A stretch of 64,000 bases of DNA, from positions 27,662 to 91,661 of IMG/VR virus record IMGVR_UViG_3300028603_000005; one strand, written 5' to 3'. A model generated the notes under the pieces. That model had not been told where the DNA came from and did no database searches. It saw only the letters and a list, made by a program, of their open reading frames with translations. Source of the DNA: a virus (Duplodnaviria > Caudoviricetes). Both the position numbers and the translations under genes were made by a program. Positions 1 through 9,291 of this stretch are shown here, one piece after another (the first letter of the stretch is position 1; each line of letters opens with the position of its first letter).

Positions 1-132
1 ACCGATAGCAATAATCAAAACTGCCCACGCTGGCATAAATACCACTGTTTCCTTCCGTTAGTTATTTTTTAACTTATTATTTAACTAAGAACTGTGTTTA
101 ACACTTTCAACCCATTCGCCAATAATGAGAAC

Positions 133-309
133 TTATTCTTCTATTTCAGTTTCTGGTGCAACTTCTTGTCTATAATATTCTTCTTTGTCTTCACGTTTGA
201 CACCTGTTGAATAATCATAACCCAACACAATTTCGTTTGACATTACAAAGTTGTCGTGTATTCTTACGAATACTTTACCGTTATCGGCTGTTATTTTTTT
301 ATGTGTCAT
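133..309 (-). CDS. small hypothetical protein (58 aa, MTHKKITADNGKVF...), probably tail-associated
   Basis: Translated by hand: ATG at 309, TAA at 133-135; overlaps the end of the upstream gene; below the ORF-track length cut-off. Confidence 0.6.
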   Translation of the reverse strand: MTHKKITADNGKVFVRIHDNFVMSNEIVLGYDYSTGVKREDKEEYYRQEVAPETEIEE

Positions 310-583
310 TTTTTAATCTCCTTTTTATAATTTTAAGGAACATTTTTATAAGCGTCCAGATGATTACTAATATAGTATTTAAGATTACAATTGTTGCTGC
401 TAGGATAATTAAGTCCCTAATTTGTCGTATCTCATCCGAAAATCCAAGCGTTATTATAGTAACTATTAAATCAAAAGTTATCTTTGTAAATAATAAATTG
501 ACTGACCACATCTTATAATATTTAGGTTTGACTTGTGGATATGTTAGGGTGGTGGATGCACACTTATTTTTTATAATTGACAT
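299..583 (-). CDS. small membrane protein (two hydrophobic segments), possible lysis-associated protein
   Basis: Two hydrophobic stretches; adjacent to the holin-like gene; true start may be internal. Confidence 0.4.
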   Translation of the reverse strand: MSIIKNKCASTTLTYPQVKPKYYKMWSVNLLFTKITFDLIVTIITLGFSDEIRQIRDLIILAATIVILNTILVIIWTLIKMFLKIIKRRLKNDT

Positions 584-893
584 TCTTACTTATATCAACT
601 AGATGTTCAATTATTTGAGTTATCAATTCAACATCCACTTCTATCCCTTTTTCATTTAATTCACTGCTAACCATAGTTATTACATACTTTAACTTTTCTT
701 CACCCTTTAAATTGTCAGACTTTTCAATCACAATCATATGCTTCTCAACTAAGTCGGTATATAATTTAATTCTCTTTGATGCATCAGCCATCTTTTTATT
801 CTTAAATAACTGACCAAGCAGTCCTATAATAATACCTATACTTGTAAGAATTGTAATAATTAAATCTAAATATTCACTAATCAATTTTACCAT
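564..893 (-). CDS. holin-like protein (LL-H-type)
   Basis: N-terminal transmembrane helix followed by a KGEEKLKYV motif and IEHLV, typical of LL-H-family holins; SD GGGGGAG. Confidence 0.6.
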   Translation of the reverse strand: MVKLISEYLDLIITILTSIGIIIGLLGQLFKNKKMADASKRIKLYTDLVEKHMIVIEKSDNLKGEEKLKYVITMVSSELNEKGIEVDVELITQIIEHLVDISKNVNYKK

Positions 894-910
894 TGTTACA
901 TTCTCCCCCT

Positions 911-1099
911 TTATTCTTCTATTTCAGGCTCTACATACAAGCCTATAACTTCAATAACATCATACTCATCAACAACCACTTCTATTCTATCGCCTATGTT
1001 GTAATCGTTTAACTCATCAACGTAAACAATAAAGTTTTGTTGCCCTTTGTAGTTGTCTAATTTAATGTAGTTCTTATTAATATAAGTTGCTATTAACAT
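911..1099 (-). CDS. hypothetical protein
   Basis: ORF translationally coupled to the upstream gene. Confidence 0.6.
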   Translation of the reverse strand: MLIATYINKNYIKLDNYKGQQNFIVYVDELNDYNIGDRIEVVVDEYDVIEVIGLYVEPEIEE

Positions 1100-2142
1100 T
1101 ATTCTTCACCTACTATCTTATATTGTGGTATTTGACCTGGAACTGTATATGGTGTTGCTGTGTCGCCTTTTTCTAATTGTAGTTTGAATACAATGGTTTG
1201 TGATGGTTCAATACTACCTTGACCTATAATTAAATCATTTATCGAAGCAACAAATGTATCTTGATAATTATTTAATTTTAAAAAATATTTATATACTTCT
1301 GACCCTCGATATCTCACTTGAAAGTTTTCGTAATCAGTAGAAATAATATATATTTTTATTGTATATTGTTGATTAAAAATAAGATTTTGATTTAATACAT
1401 ATGCAATAGCATTTAATGTGGTTTTGTTTAGCGTATAAACACCTGTATTTACATTATAATCTATTGTATTACCATTAATATTATAAACCCTATAAACTCC
1501 ATCACCTAAATCGGTTGCAGAACTTAAATCTGGCATAGCAAGGTTGTAACCCCTTAACTGTTGCTTAAACATTTCGAACATTGTTTCTACTTGTAATTTA
1601 TTAACAGCGTGTTGTGCTAAGGTTGCGTTTGGCACTTGTTGTGGTTGAGTGAATACGTTTGATACTGCAAGTTTAGCAGTTGTATCATTTAGCACCTTAC
1701 CTTGATTAGCACTCAAAGGTTTATCTACATCAGTTGATACTAAATCATCTACTATATCGCTTATATCAACTTTATCATCAGTATTAGCCTTAACTCTTGT
1801 GTCTAATTCTTTAACAGCACTTTCTACGTCGGTTTCATCAGTTAAGTAATTTGTGCCACTTCCATTAAATCTAATGTTGTGTGCGTCTAAATCGGTTAAT
1901 AAATCGCTAACGGGTATTCTAATCTCGCTACCGTTTGCCAACACCAATACAAGTTCGTTTGCTACTTCATCATAGTAACCACTTGTTACGGTTTCCTCAT
2001 AGTCATTAATTAAGATGTTACCTGCTTCAGAGCCTATGTAAACTTCTTTGGTGTCTAAACAAAAACCTATCTCTCCAATATTGAGTTCAGGTAAGTCTTG
2101 CTTAAGACCCCTCCTCATTAATATTGTCCTTTTTTTAGCCAT
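1099..2142 (-). CDS. tail fibre / receptor-binding-type protein
   Basis: N-terminal RRG..LP.L..GEIGF..DT..VYIG (Mtd-N/hyaluronidase-like anchor), KPLSANQGKVL fibre motif, C-terminal QLEKGDTATPY. Confidence 0.7.
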   Translation of the reverse strand: MAKKRTILMRRGLKQDLPELNIGEIGFCLDTKEVYIGSEAGNILINDYEETVTSGYYDEVANELVLVLANGSEIRIPVSDLLTDLDAHNIRFNGSGTNYLTDETDVESAVKELDTRVKANTDDKVDISDIVDDLVSTDVDKPLSANQGKVLNDTTAKLAVSNVFTQPQQVPNATLAQHAVNKLQVETMFEMFKQQLRGYNLAMPDLSSATDLGDGVYRVYNINGNTIDYNVNTGVYTLNKTTLNAIAYVLNQNLIFNQQYTIKIYIISTDYENFQVRYRGSEVYKYFLKLNNYQDTFVASINDLIIGQGSIEPSQTIVFKLQLEKGDTATPYTVPGQIPQYKIVGEE

Positions 2143-2166
2143 TAATTATCACCTTTCTTTTTTTTT

Positions 2167-2646
2167 CTAAATTATATTTTCTATTGTATTAGCAAGACTA
2201 TCTGCTTCTTGCTGTGCAGTTTGTAAGTCATTAAATAAATGTTCGTTTGAACTATTTACATAAGTGTAAGTTCTACCTGAAAGAAGTGTAAATTCAATAG
2301 TATATTTATCACCACGACTTACTGCTCTTATTTCTTGAACTGCTTGAGGAGTAACTGTTATTGTATAAATTAATCCTCCACCATAAACATCTATTGGTAA
2401 GTATGTGCCGTCGTCAACTGTAGAAGTAAATTCATTTAATTTAGAATCAGCTAAACCAGCATCAAATTTGAAATCACCGTTGGTATCAGCCCAAATATAA
2501 TTGCGTCCTGAAATAAGTGTAAATTCAATAGTATATTTATTACCTGAACTTACTGCTCTTATTTCTTGGATTGCTGTTGGGAGTACTTTAATTGAGTAGA
2601 CAGTATTGCCACCTACTACACGAACATCTTTAAATTCATTTGCCAT
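2167..2646 (-). CDS. hypothetical protein made of two tandem ~77-aa domains
   Basis: QEIRAVS.G.KYTIEFTL.SGR.Y occurs twice. Confidence 0.75.
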   Translation of the reverse strand: MANEFKDVRVVGGNTVYSIKVLPTAIQEIRAVSSGNKYTIEFTLISGRNYIWADTNGDFKFDAGLADSKLNEFTSTVDDGTYLPIDVYGGGLIYTITVTPQAVQEIRAVSRGDKYTIEFTLLSGRTYTYVNSSNEHLFNDLQTAQQEADSLANTIENII

Positions 2647-2648
2647 AA

Positions 2649-4268
2649 TTATACTCCTTTAACTCTATTTTTTAGAAGGTCTTGTAAACCTACTTTTTTA
2701 TCTGTTTGAACTGTTTGAGAAGTAGTAAGAGTTTTAGCTCGTTGAGAAATAACTTTACCAAATTCTTTTAAGTAAGTTTCCCACTCTTTAGATTTAATTC
2801 TAATTGCTTCTTGGACTAGTTCAACTACGACATCAAGTATTTGTTGCATTGTTCCAGCTTTCAATAAAGTAAGTAAAGCTAAGTCTAACTTTTTGAAAGA
2901 TACTTTTCTTTGAGCTGGTAATGCTTGAGCACTTGTTTTATATTCATCAGTTGTAGTTATTCCTTCATCATAAAGAGCGATAAGTTTTTCTACAACTAAA
3001 GATTCATCTTCTGTTGTTAGTGGTGTTTTAGCAAAGATAGCGAGTTCTGCTTGAACTTGATTGTCTTCAGCAGGTGTTTCAGCTTCTTTTAAAGTTTTCT
3101 TTCTGCGTCTATCACTTTTTTCTTCTAACTGTTCTTTACCTAAATCTTCTTCTCCATCTTCAATGGCTTTAAGTTCATCTTCTTTTAAATCATGTTCCTT
3201 CTTTTTAGTATGAGTTACTTTCTCAGTGTTAAAAAGAATGATTGGTCCTGGATTATCTGCGAAAACTAATTCTACATCATCATCTTCAGGATTAGGGTCA
3301 ACATATGGATAGGCTACAATCATTGTTGCTTTAGGTTCTTCATCTACAAAGACACTAATTGCTTCTTCTAAATCAAAGATATTATCTTTAATTGTTTCAC
3401 TATATTTATCCACTACTGCGAACACCCAAATGAACTTTTTATCTAATACTAAGTTAGAATCAGAGATAGCATCACCGATATCGGACTTAGTTACTTCGGT
3501 AATAGTTTCCTCAGTTTCTTCTAAATTACTTTCAAATAAATTGAAATATATTCCTGGTTCAGTAGGGTCAAAATACAGTACAAAGCAAGTTGAAAAGAAG
3601 TCAACAAAGCTTAATCTAATCTTTCCTCCAATTAATTCTTCGGCTTCTGCAAAGCTTTTATTAAGACCGTTAGTTATAGAATCTATTTTAATTACTTCAT
3701 CGTTATCGCCTTGAACATAACTTGGCACGATTACTTTTAAACTGTTTGCTTCGTTTCTTACTACTTCTACTGGTATACCTAAAGTATCCATAAAATAGTC
3801 CCTAATTACTTTCATAGTTGAAAATAAAGATACTGATTGCTTAATTCCAGATTCAACAAAAGGGTGTTTAGTTAAGTCTTTTTTAGGTTTTGCTTCACTG
3901 TGTTGATTAGCAAATGCCTTTAATTGCTTATTTATCCCTTCTAAGTATTTCTTAAAATATTGGTATCTCATTTCATTGGTTTCATCTTTATATGTGTAAC
4001 CATTTAAGTAGTTCTCTATTTCATCTAAAATGTAATCACGCTTTTCAAGCAGTTTTTTAATCTGTGCTTTACTAAGTGTTCCAGGGACATAACTTTCTTT
4101 AATTAGCTTAGTATCACTTAAAATTTCAAGTTCTAAATCAACTGCGTGTTTAGAAAGCTTAGTTATTTCTGTGTACTCTTCGTCATAGTCATAATCTCTT
4201 AAATTTTCTTTTAAGATTTTATTTCTGTTAATTAAAGATTTAATATGTTCTTTTCTTTTTTCTAACAT
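2649..4268 (-). CDS. large acidic hypothetical protein, probable head/core (scaffold-like) protein
   Basis: 539-aa ORF downstream of the portal; many (L/I/F)-x-E motifs like T4-type prohead protease sites. Confidence 0.55.
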   Translation of the reverse strand: MLEKRKEHIKSLINRNKILKENLRDYDYDEEYTEITKLSKHAVDLELEILSDTKLIKESYVPGTLSKAQIKKLLEKRDYILDEIENYLNGYTYKDETNEMRYQYFKKYLEGINKQLKAFANQHSEAKPKKDLTKHPFVESGIKQSVSLFSTMKVIRDYFMDTLGIPVEVVRNEANSLKVIVPSYVQGDNDEVIKIDSITNGLNKSFAEAEELIGGKIRLSFVDFFSTCFVLYFDPTEPGIYFNLFESNLEETEETITEVTKSDIGDAISDSNLVLDKKFIWVFAVVDKYSETIKDNIFDLEEAISVFVDEEPKATMIVAYPYVDPNPEDDDVELVFADNPGPIILFNTEKVTHTKKKEHDLKEDELKAIEDGEEDLGKEQLEEKSDRRRKKTLKEAETPAEDNQVQAELAIFAKTPLTTEDESLVVEKLIALYDEGITTTDEYKTSAQALPAQRKVSFKKLDLALLTLLKAGTMQQILDVVVELVQEAIRIKSKEWETYLKEFGKVISQRAKTLTTSQTVQTDKKVGLQDLLKNRVKGV

Positions 4269-4284
4269 AGTTATTCCTTCCTTT

Positions 4285-4623
4285 TTAATTTAATAAACTT
4301 TGGTCTGTTTTAGACCATAACACTTCTAAATCTGCTAACGTATCTTCCATGTTGTTTTCTTGAGCTACCTTATATAAAGCTAGGGCAACATGTTCAACTG
4401 TAACATAGAATAAGTTATCAGTGCTTTGATTAACTTCTTCATATATTTTCAAACCTAATTCAAATACCTCATCTTGTTTATAGTTAGATAGGCTAGGTGC
4501 CAGAGAGATAATCGTTGTTATTAAGTTTTCAAATAGGTTTTCTACTGAAGGGTACTCTTTAAGTTCTTCTTCAGAGAGAGTTCCTAAAAACTCTATGTAG
4601 CCCGTTGTGGCATCTTTTTTCAT
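4285..4623 (-). CDS. hypothetical protein
   Basis: ORF with SD GAGG. Confidence 0.7.
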   Translation of the reverse strand: MKKDATTGYIEFLGTLSEEELKEYPSVENLFENLITTIISLAPSLSNYKQDEVFELGLKIYEEVNQSTDNLFYVTVEHVALALYKVAQENNMEDTLADLEVLWSKTDQSLLN

Positions 4624-4666
4624 TTTGATTACCTCTCTTATTTTAATGTGTAATTAAACACAATTA

Positions 4667-6967
4667 TTATTCATTATCTTGTTTTGCTAATTTTTGTTTT
4701 GACTTTTGTCCTGACTTTAATACACCCTTAGCTCTTAAGTCTCTTACGATTGTATTCAACCAGAAAGGGAGTACGTGAAGCATAGAAAGTGCATGTTTAC
4801 ATACGACTTGTGTAGGTACATTTCTAGTAGGAGCAATATCATTTTTGTCTATAGAATATCCTTTTTGTGTTCCAACGTATTGTTGTCCCCAATACTTACT
4901 TGCAGGACAAGTACAAGATACTGATATATCTCCTTCCATAGCTGCTCTAACCAATTCCATATCTGTAGTTTCTCCCTGCATCTTTAAAACTTCAACTAAG
5001 TCTTTTAAAGATACTTTAGTATTATATGAAGTAGGTTTACCTTCAGCTTTATTTTTCTCAGGGTCTTCTGCTGTTGCTACAAAAGTAATATAGTTATTTT
5101 CATCAAGTCCTGTATATCTAATTATTATCTTTTTAGATTTAGGGAGTCTTTTAGGGTCTTTAGCTTTAGAATCATCTTTTAGATTTTTATAAGTTGCTTC
5201 TTGGATTGTTCCTCTGAAGCGTTTGTAGTGCATAATATCTAAGAAGTTATATTGCTTGTAATTAGTATCTTCTAAAATTAAATCATATTCTTCTAAAAGT
5301 TCTTCTAATGAAGCAGCATTTAAGAACTCTTCTAATGTTCCTTCTAATTGCCCTGGAAGCCTTGTTTCACTTTTAGTAGTGTAAGCCCTTATGGCGTTCT
5401 CTGTAATCGCCTGTAACTCAAGCTCGTGTGTCTTTAAATCAATTTCTTCAGGGTAAGGTGTGTTATCAAACTTACTTGTGTCTAAATTAAGAACTTCTTC
5501 AAAGATATACTTAAACATTTTATCTCCATCTACTTTATCTATAAACCACTCTTCTTTAGCCATTGATAAAATATTTGTTGCGATATCAAAACTTGCTGTT
5601 AGTTTGTTTCTTTGTTCTTCACTTTCTTTAGTAGATACTTGACCTAATTCAATAGTATAATCAGGCATATCTTTTACATATCTATCTGCTCTACTGTAAG
5701 CCCAGTAGTATTCAATAGATTGTCTTAAGACATCTCTAAGAACATTTTGAAGTCTTTTAACTATTCTACCATGTCTTTCATCTATTTTAGAAAGTGTTTG
5801 TTCTCCAAGACCTCCTGGAGTTTCTTCTTCAAAACCTAAGTAAGCTTTAGGAGAAGCTAATCCAGCAAAGACTTTGTTTCGCATATAGTTAATATCTCCC
5901 ATAGGTGTTTCAGTTTGTTCTCCACCCACTGGTTTAACATTAACTACACCACGCTCACCTTTCTTAGCAAGAAAGATTAAATCATCTACTGTTACAGGGT
6001 TTAGTCTATTACGATAACTCTTATTAGTTAAGTCTATTGATTCAGAGTTCTTAAAAGCGTTTTTAACATCTTCCATAATCTTGGTTGCTTCTAAGTTAGT
6101 GGAGTCTGATACATCTACTTCTACAATCTTAAATTGAGTAGCCTTAGTTAATCTGTTAGTTAATAAAGCATTCTCCATTGTGTTAAGCATTTGCCAAGAT
6201 GAAATGATAGATTCTAAGATAGAACGGCCTGTTAAAATCTTAAATGTTTCAGTAGTTTTATTTTCACCTTTAGAGTCTGTAAATTCTAAGTCCATTTTAC
6301 CAGCAACTTTTTTATTATTAAGACCTACAATAAATTTGTCTTTAGGAAAAATGTTATAACCGAATTTATTATCATCAGGTCTCACATATTGGTAAGGTTT
6401 GTTTTTAACTGCTTCTTGATAGTTCTCTTCAGGAGATACTGCAAAGTATTTAGGTTCTCCTGAACCTTGAATTAGAGGATTGATTAGTTGGGGACTTTCA
6501 GCTGGTGAGAATGACCATTCTCTACCATCTCTATTAGCTTTAGTATCTAAAAAGACTTTTCCATACTTAGCTAAATCTCTAACAATTCCCCAAGCTTCAC
6601 TATCAACTTTAAAAACATTCCATAAAAAGTCGTTGATTTCTTCTTGAAATCTCGCATCGCTTGATTTGATAGAAGCCACATGTCCTGTCTTAGTATTGTT
6701 TAGTGTAGCAGCATCTGCATATAAATCTAAAGCAGCAGAGATTACTGCGTCTAAGTCCATCTGTTCATAGAGTTCAAAAAGCTTCTTCTCTTCTGATGAT
6801 AAAGCATCTATGCTAGTGTCTAAAGAAACAGATGAAGTTTTAAGTGTTTTAATAACATTGTCTGTTGTGTTAGTTTTTTGATTCTCTGTTTGAACTGATT
6901 CTGTAATTGGTGGTTTTGGTGTAATACCAAATATTCTTTGTATTAAATTAGGTTTCTTTTCAGCCAT
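4667..6967 (-). CDS. portal protein (T4 gp20-like) with a C-terminal SWIM zinc-finger domain
   Basis: YEQMD.DAVISAALDLYAD, RDLAKYG, GRSILE, DINYMRNKVFAGL..PKAYLG are gp20-family portal motifs; C-terminal CTCP...VCKH is a SWIM pattern. Confidence 0.85.
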   Translation of the reverse strand: MAEKKPNLIQRIFGITPKPPITESVQTENQKTNTTDNVIKTLKTSSVSLDTSIDALSSEEKKLFELYEQMDLDAVISAALDLYADAATLNNTKTGHVASIKSSDARFQEEINDFLWNVFKVDSEAWGIVRDLAKYGKVFLDTKANRDGREWSFSPAESPQLINPLIQGSGEPKYFAVSPEENYQEAVKNKPYQYVRPDDNKFGYNIFPKDKFIVGLNNKKVAGKMDLEFTDSKGENKTTETFKILTGRSILESIISSWQMLNTMENALLTNRLTKATQFKIVEVDVSDSTNLEATKIMEDVKNAFKNSESIDLTNKSYRNRLNPVTVDDLIFLAKKGERGVVNVKPVGGEQTETPMGDINYMRNKVFAGLASPKAYLGFEEETPGGLGEQTLSKIDERHGRIVKRLQNVLRDVLRQSIEYYWAYSRADRYVKDMPDYTIELGQVSTKESEEQRNKLTASFDIATNILSMAKEEWFIDKVDGDKMFKYIFEEVLNLDTSKFDNTPYPEEIDLKTHELELQAITENAIRAYTTKSETRLPGQLEGTLEEFLNAASLEELLEEYDLILEDTNYKQYNFLDIMHYKRFRGTIQEATYKNLKDDSKAKDPKRLPKSKKIIIRYTGLDENNYITFVATAEDPEKNKAEGKPTSYNTKVSLKDLVEVLKMQGETTDMELVRAAMEGDISVSCTCPASKYWGQQYVGTQKGYSIDKNDIAPTRNVPTQVVCKHALSMLHVLPFWLNTIVRDLRAKGVLKSGQKSKQKLAKQDNE

Positions 6968-6990
6968 AACTTCTCCTTCTATTTAAAGTC

Positions 6991-7701
6991 TTATAAACCA
7001 AAGTCTTCACTATTAAATTTCAAATACTCCATGTTCTCTTCTTCTGGGTCAATTTCTAGTTCAGCCTTTTCAATGTTGTGTCTGAAAGGCATTAGTTTTA
7101 AGACATAGTTTAAGGAAACAACATCTACTTTAGCTTCTGTTACAAAGAAGGTGTTTACTTTTCCTTTAGGGTCATCTATTAAATCTCCAGAAGGGTTTTC
7201 TGGATTTATTACTTTTGGTAAGAAATCATAAAAGATATCTATCTTAGTTCCTCTGATTAGTTGTAAAGGGTCTAAAACATAATTGCTATCTTCTTTGTTA
7301 GTATATCCTTCGTGGACTAATTGAGTAATATCTGTATTATCTAAAACATAATAATTAAGTTCTTGACCTTTAGTAATAGAGAGTTCTGGTTCTGTTACTA
7401 CTTCTGCTTCTCTCAGGATATGGGTAGGAGCATAAGCAATGATAGGGACTTCATCTTCTCTATACCAACCAAGTGTTTTAAGTAAATGTGGTTTTGGTCT
7501 TTCATCAAATATGATATATGTATTAATTGCTTTGTCTGTATTATAAGTAAATAACTCACTAGATAATTCTGTTAAGTCGTGAGTATCTACTGGAGTAATC
7601 TTTACTTCACTACCACCTACTACAGCAGCTTCTAAGAATTGCAATGTGTAGTATCTTTTTTCTTCTATTGTAGGTAATATTCTTGCTTGTTTTCGTGCCA
7701 T
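6991..7701 (-). CDS. putative neck / head-completion protein (T4 gp14-like)
   Basis: Position before the portal; F.EA....G..V and LKTLGW motifs resemble gp14-like neck proteins. Confidence 0.45.
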   Translation of the reverse strand: MARKQARILPTIEEKRYYTLQFLEAAVVGGSEVKITPVDTHDLTELSSELFTYNTDKAINTYIIFDERPKPHLLKTLGWYREDEVPIIAYAPTHILREAEVVTEPELSITKGQELNYYVLDNTDITQLVHEGYTNKEDSNYVLDPLQLIRGTKIDIFYDFLPKVINPENPSGDLIDDPKGKVNTFFVTEAKVDVVSLNYVLKLMPFRHNIEKAELEIDPEEENMEYLKFNSEDFGL

Positions 7702-7780
7702 TAGATTCTCCTTTTATTTATTAATAGTAGGTAGTTAAGGTTAGGTTATTTAAGATTAACTTATTTATGGTTACATAATA

Positions 7781-7927
7781 CGATTGACTGATTGACGAAA
7801 TTCTTCGATTTTAACTCCGAATGTGTAATATTCTGGTTAATTTTAGAAAGTTTTCGTCAATCTCACCTCGAAATGGACGTGAGTAGAGATTTTGAGGTTT
7901 TAGATAAATAGACTGCTCTTATTATCC
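7781..7927 (-). ncRNA. structured repeat unit B of array 1 (unknown ncRNA family)
   Basis: Hairpins at 7902-7927 (loop TAAGAGCAGTCTAT), 7865-7898 (loop CTCTACTCACGTCC) and 7790-7862; GTCAA box at 7784-7788; enclosed by a 10-bp stem 7930-7939/7737-7746. Confidence 0.7.
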
Positions 7928-7970
7928 TGACCTAACCTTTTGTTTTGTTTTCCTTGATTCCTTTTGGAAG

Positions 7971-8126
7971 TGTTTGACATTCTGGAAATCCTTTGTTAGG
8001 AAGTCTACTGTGTGTCTGTAAGACTACGTAGCTTCCTTTTAAAAGTGAGTTCCAGAATTTGACGGGTTTTAAGCGTTAGAGATAAAACCCGTCTTGTAGA
8101 TAAATAGACTTCTCTTATTATCCTAC
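7971..8126 (-). ncRNA. structured repeat unit A of array 1 (unknown ncRNA family)
   Basis: Hairpins at 8096-8126 (loop TAAGAGAAGTCTAT), 8061-8093 and 7979-8058; GTCAA box at 7974-7978. Confidence 0.7.
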
Positions 8127-8171
8127 TTTCAAGTTTACACATGAAAAAATATGCTACCTATACATACCCTT

Positions 8172-8200
8172 CATTATATAATATACTTTAAGTATGTTTA
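8172..8200 (-). promoter_or_regulatory. putative promoter of array 1, TAAACA-N6-AAGTATATTATATAATG
   Basis: Same motif and spacing upstream of array 2 (50541-50569); contains TATAAT. Confidence 0.65.
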
Positions 8201-8227
8201 TATTAAACAAAAAGATAACATTTAAGG

Positions 8228-8632
8228 TTATCTTTTATATGTTATACCGTATTTGTTTATTGTTCTTCTAATAATGTTTCTGTCTATTCTCCAGTCCCTA
8301 AATCTTTGTAATTTAGTAAGCCTGTGTATAGTTAAATACTCTCCACTATTTATTCTTTTCTCTAACTCAGTTAAGATAACAGCTTCTTTAGATATAATTA
8401 CAAATCTATTATGTACACTAGGAACAAAAGCTGAAGTTTTAGATAGTTTATCTGTAATAAGTAATCTATATACTTTTCTAATGTCCCAGTTGAACTCTTT
8501 TAATAAAACTAAGATAGTATTAGCGTAGTTAAACTTTGTCTTTGTAGGTTTCTCAGAAAGTAGTAAAGAAAGTGTATTTAACTCATCTACAGTAAGTGTA
8601 TTGTTTGCTGTATACTGTTTAGTTGTTTTCAA
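8228..8632 (-). CDS. hypothetical basic protein, possibly nucleic-acid binding
   Basis: 134-aa K/R-rich ORF overlapping the sigma-like gene, directly upstream of array 1. Confidence 0.65.
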   Translation of the reverse strand: MKTTKQYTANNTLTVDELNTLSLLLSEKPTKTKFNYANTILVLLKEFNWDIRKVYRLLITDKLSKTSAFVPSVHNRFVIISKEAVILTELEKRINSGEYLTIHRLTKLQRFRDWRIDRNIIRRTINKYGITYKR

Positions 8633-9260
8633 TAAGTCCCCCCAAGAAATTAATTAAGTACTCATCTACTACTGCGTGAATAGTAGGCTCAATGTATTTA
8701 TGATTTTTGAATTGTTTAACTTCAAAGTCTTGATAAATAAATCCAAAACTAATGAGTGTTTCAATTACTCTGTATTTAACAAGTTCTTTTAAATTGTCTG
8801 AAAGCCTATAATCAAAGATTAAGTCTTCTATAAGTTGGGTGTCTATTTGTATTTTATAATATAAGTCTAACTCAGTAATTAAGTTCTTTCTACTTAGCAT
8901 ATCTAAAATGCCGTTGCTAGTTGTATAACCTAACCTTTCTATAGAGTATTTTAGTTCACTTTCTAAAAACACACTTTCTCTATATTTTTTAAGTTTTCTT
9001 AACCAAATAGCAGAAACATAAGAGTTTGCTCTATTGTAAATAAACCGTTCTAAATTAATTGCTTTTAATTGTTCTTCAGTTAGCTTCCTAACTCGTTCTA
9101 AAATGTATAGTAAAGTGTCTTGGATACAGTCCTGAACATTGTCAAACTTTTCGTATTTTAATTTAGCTCTTACAAACTCCTCCAAAAATATGTAAAGCTG
9201 TTCTACTAATTTATCTTCATCTTTAACTAACTCATTTGGTATGTTAGATTTGAACAGCAT
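8619..9260 (-). CDS. putative phage sigma-factor-like protein
   Basis: VQDCIQDTLLYILE...LERFIYNRANSY resembles sigma70 region 2. Confidence 0.5.
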   Translation of the reverse strand: MLFKSNIPNELVKDEDKLVEQLYIFLEEFVRAKLKYEKFDNVQDCIQDTLLYILERVRKLTEEQLKAINLERFIYNRANSYVSAIWLRKLKKYRESVFLESELKYSIERLGYTTSNGILDMLSRKNLITELDLYYKIQIDTQLIEDLIFDYRLSDNLKELVKYRVIETLISFGFIYQDFEVKQFKNHKYIEPTIHAVVDEYLINFLGGLIENN

Positions 9261-9291
9261 ACAGCACCTCTTTCTTAATTATTCTAGTTTC

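Noticed and set aside
7781-8126. Array units as a CRISPR array or as TnpB/IscB omega-RNAs (hairpin followed by GTCAA recalls IS200/605 ends)
   Set aside because: There are no identical repeats with spacers and no cas, tnpA, tnpB or iscB gene in the window. The sequence after GTCAA is semi-conserved or part of closing stems rather than a free variable guide.
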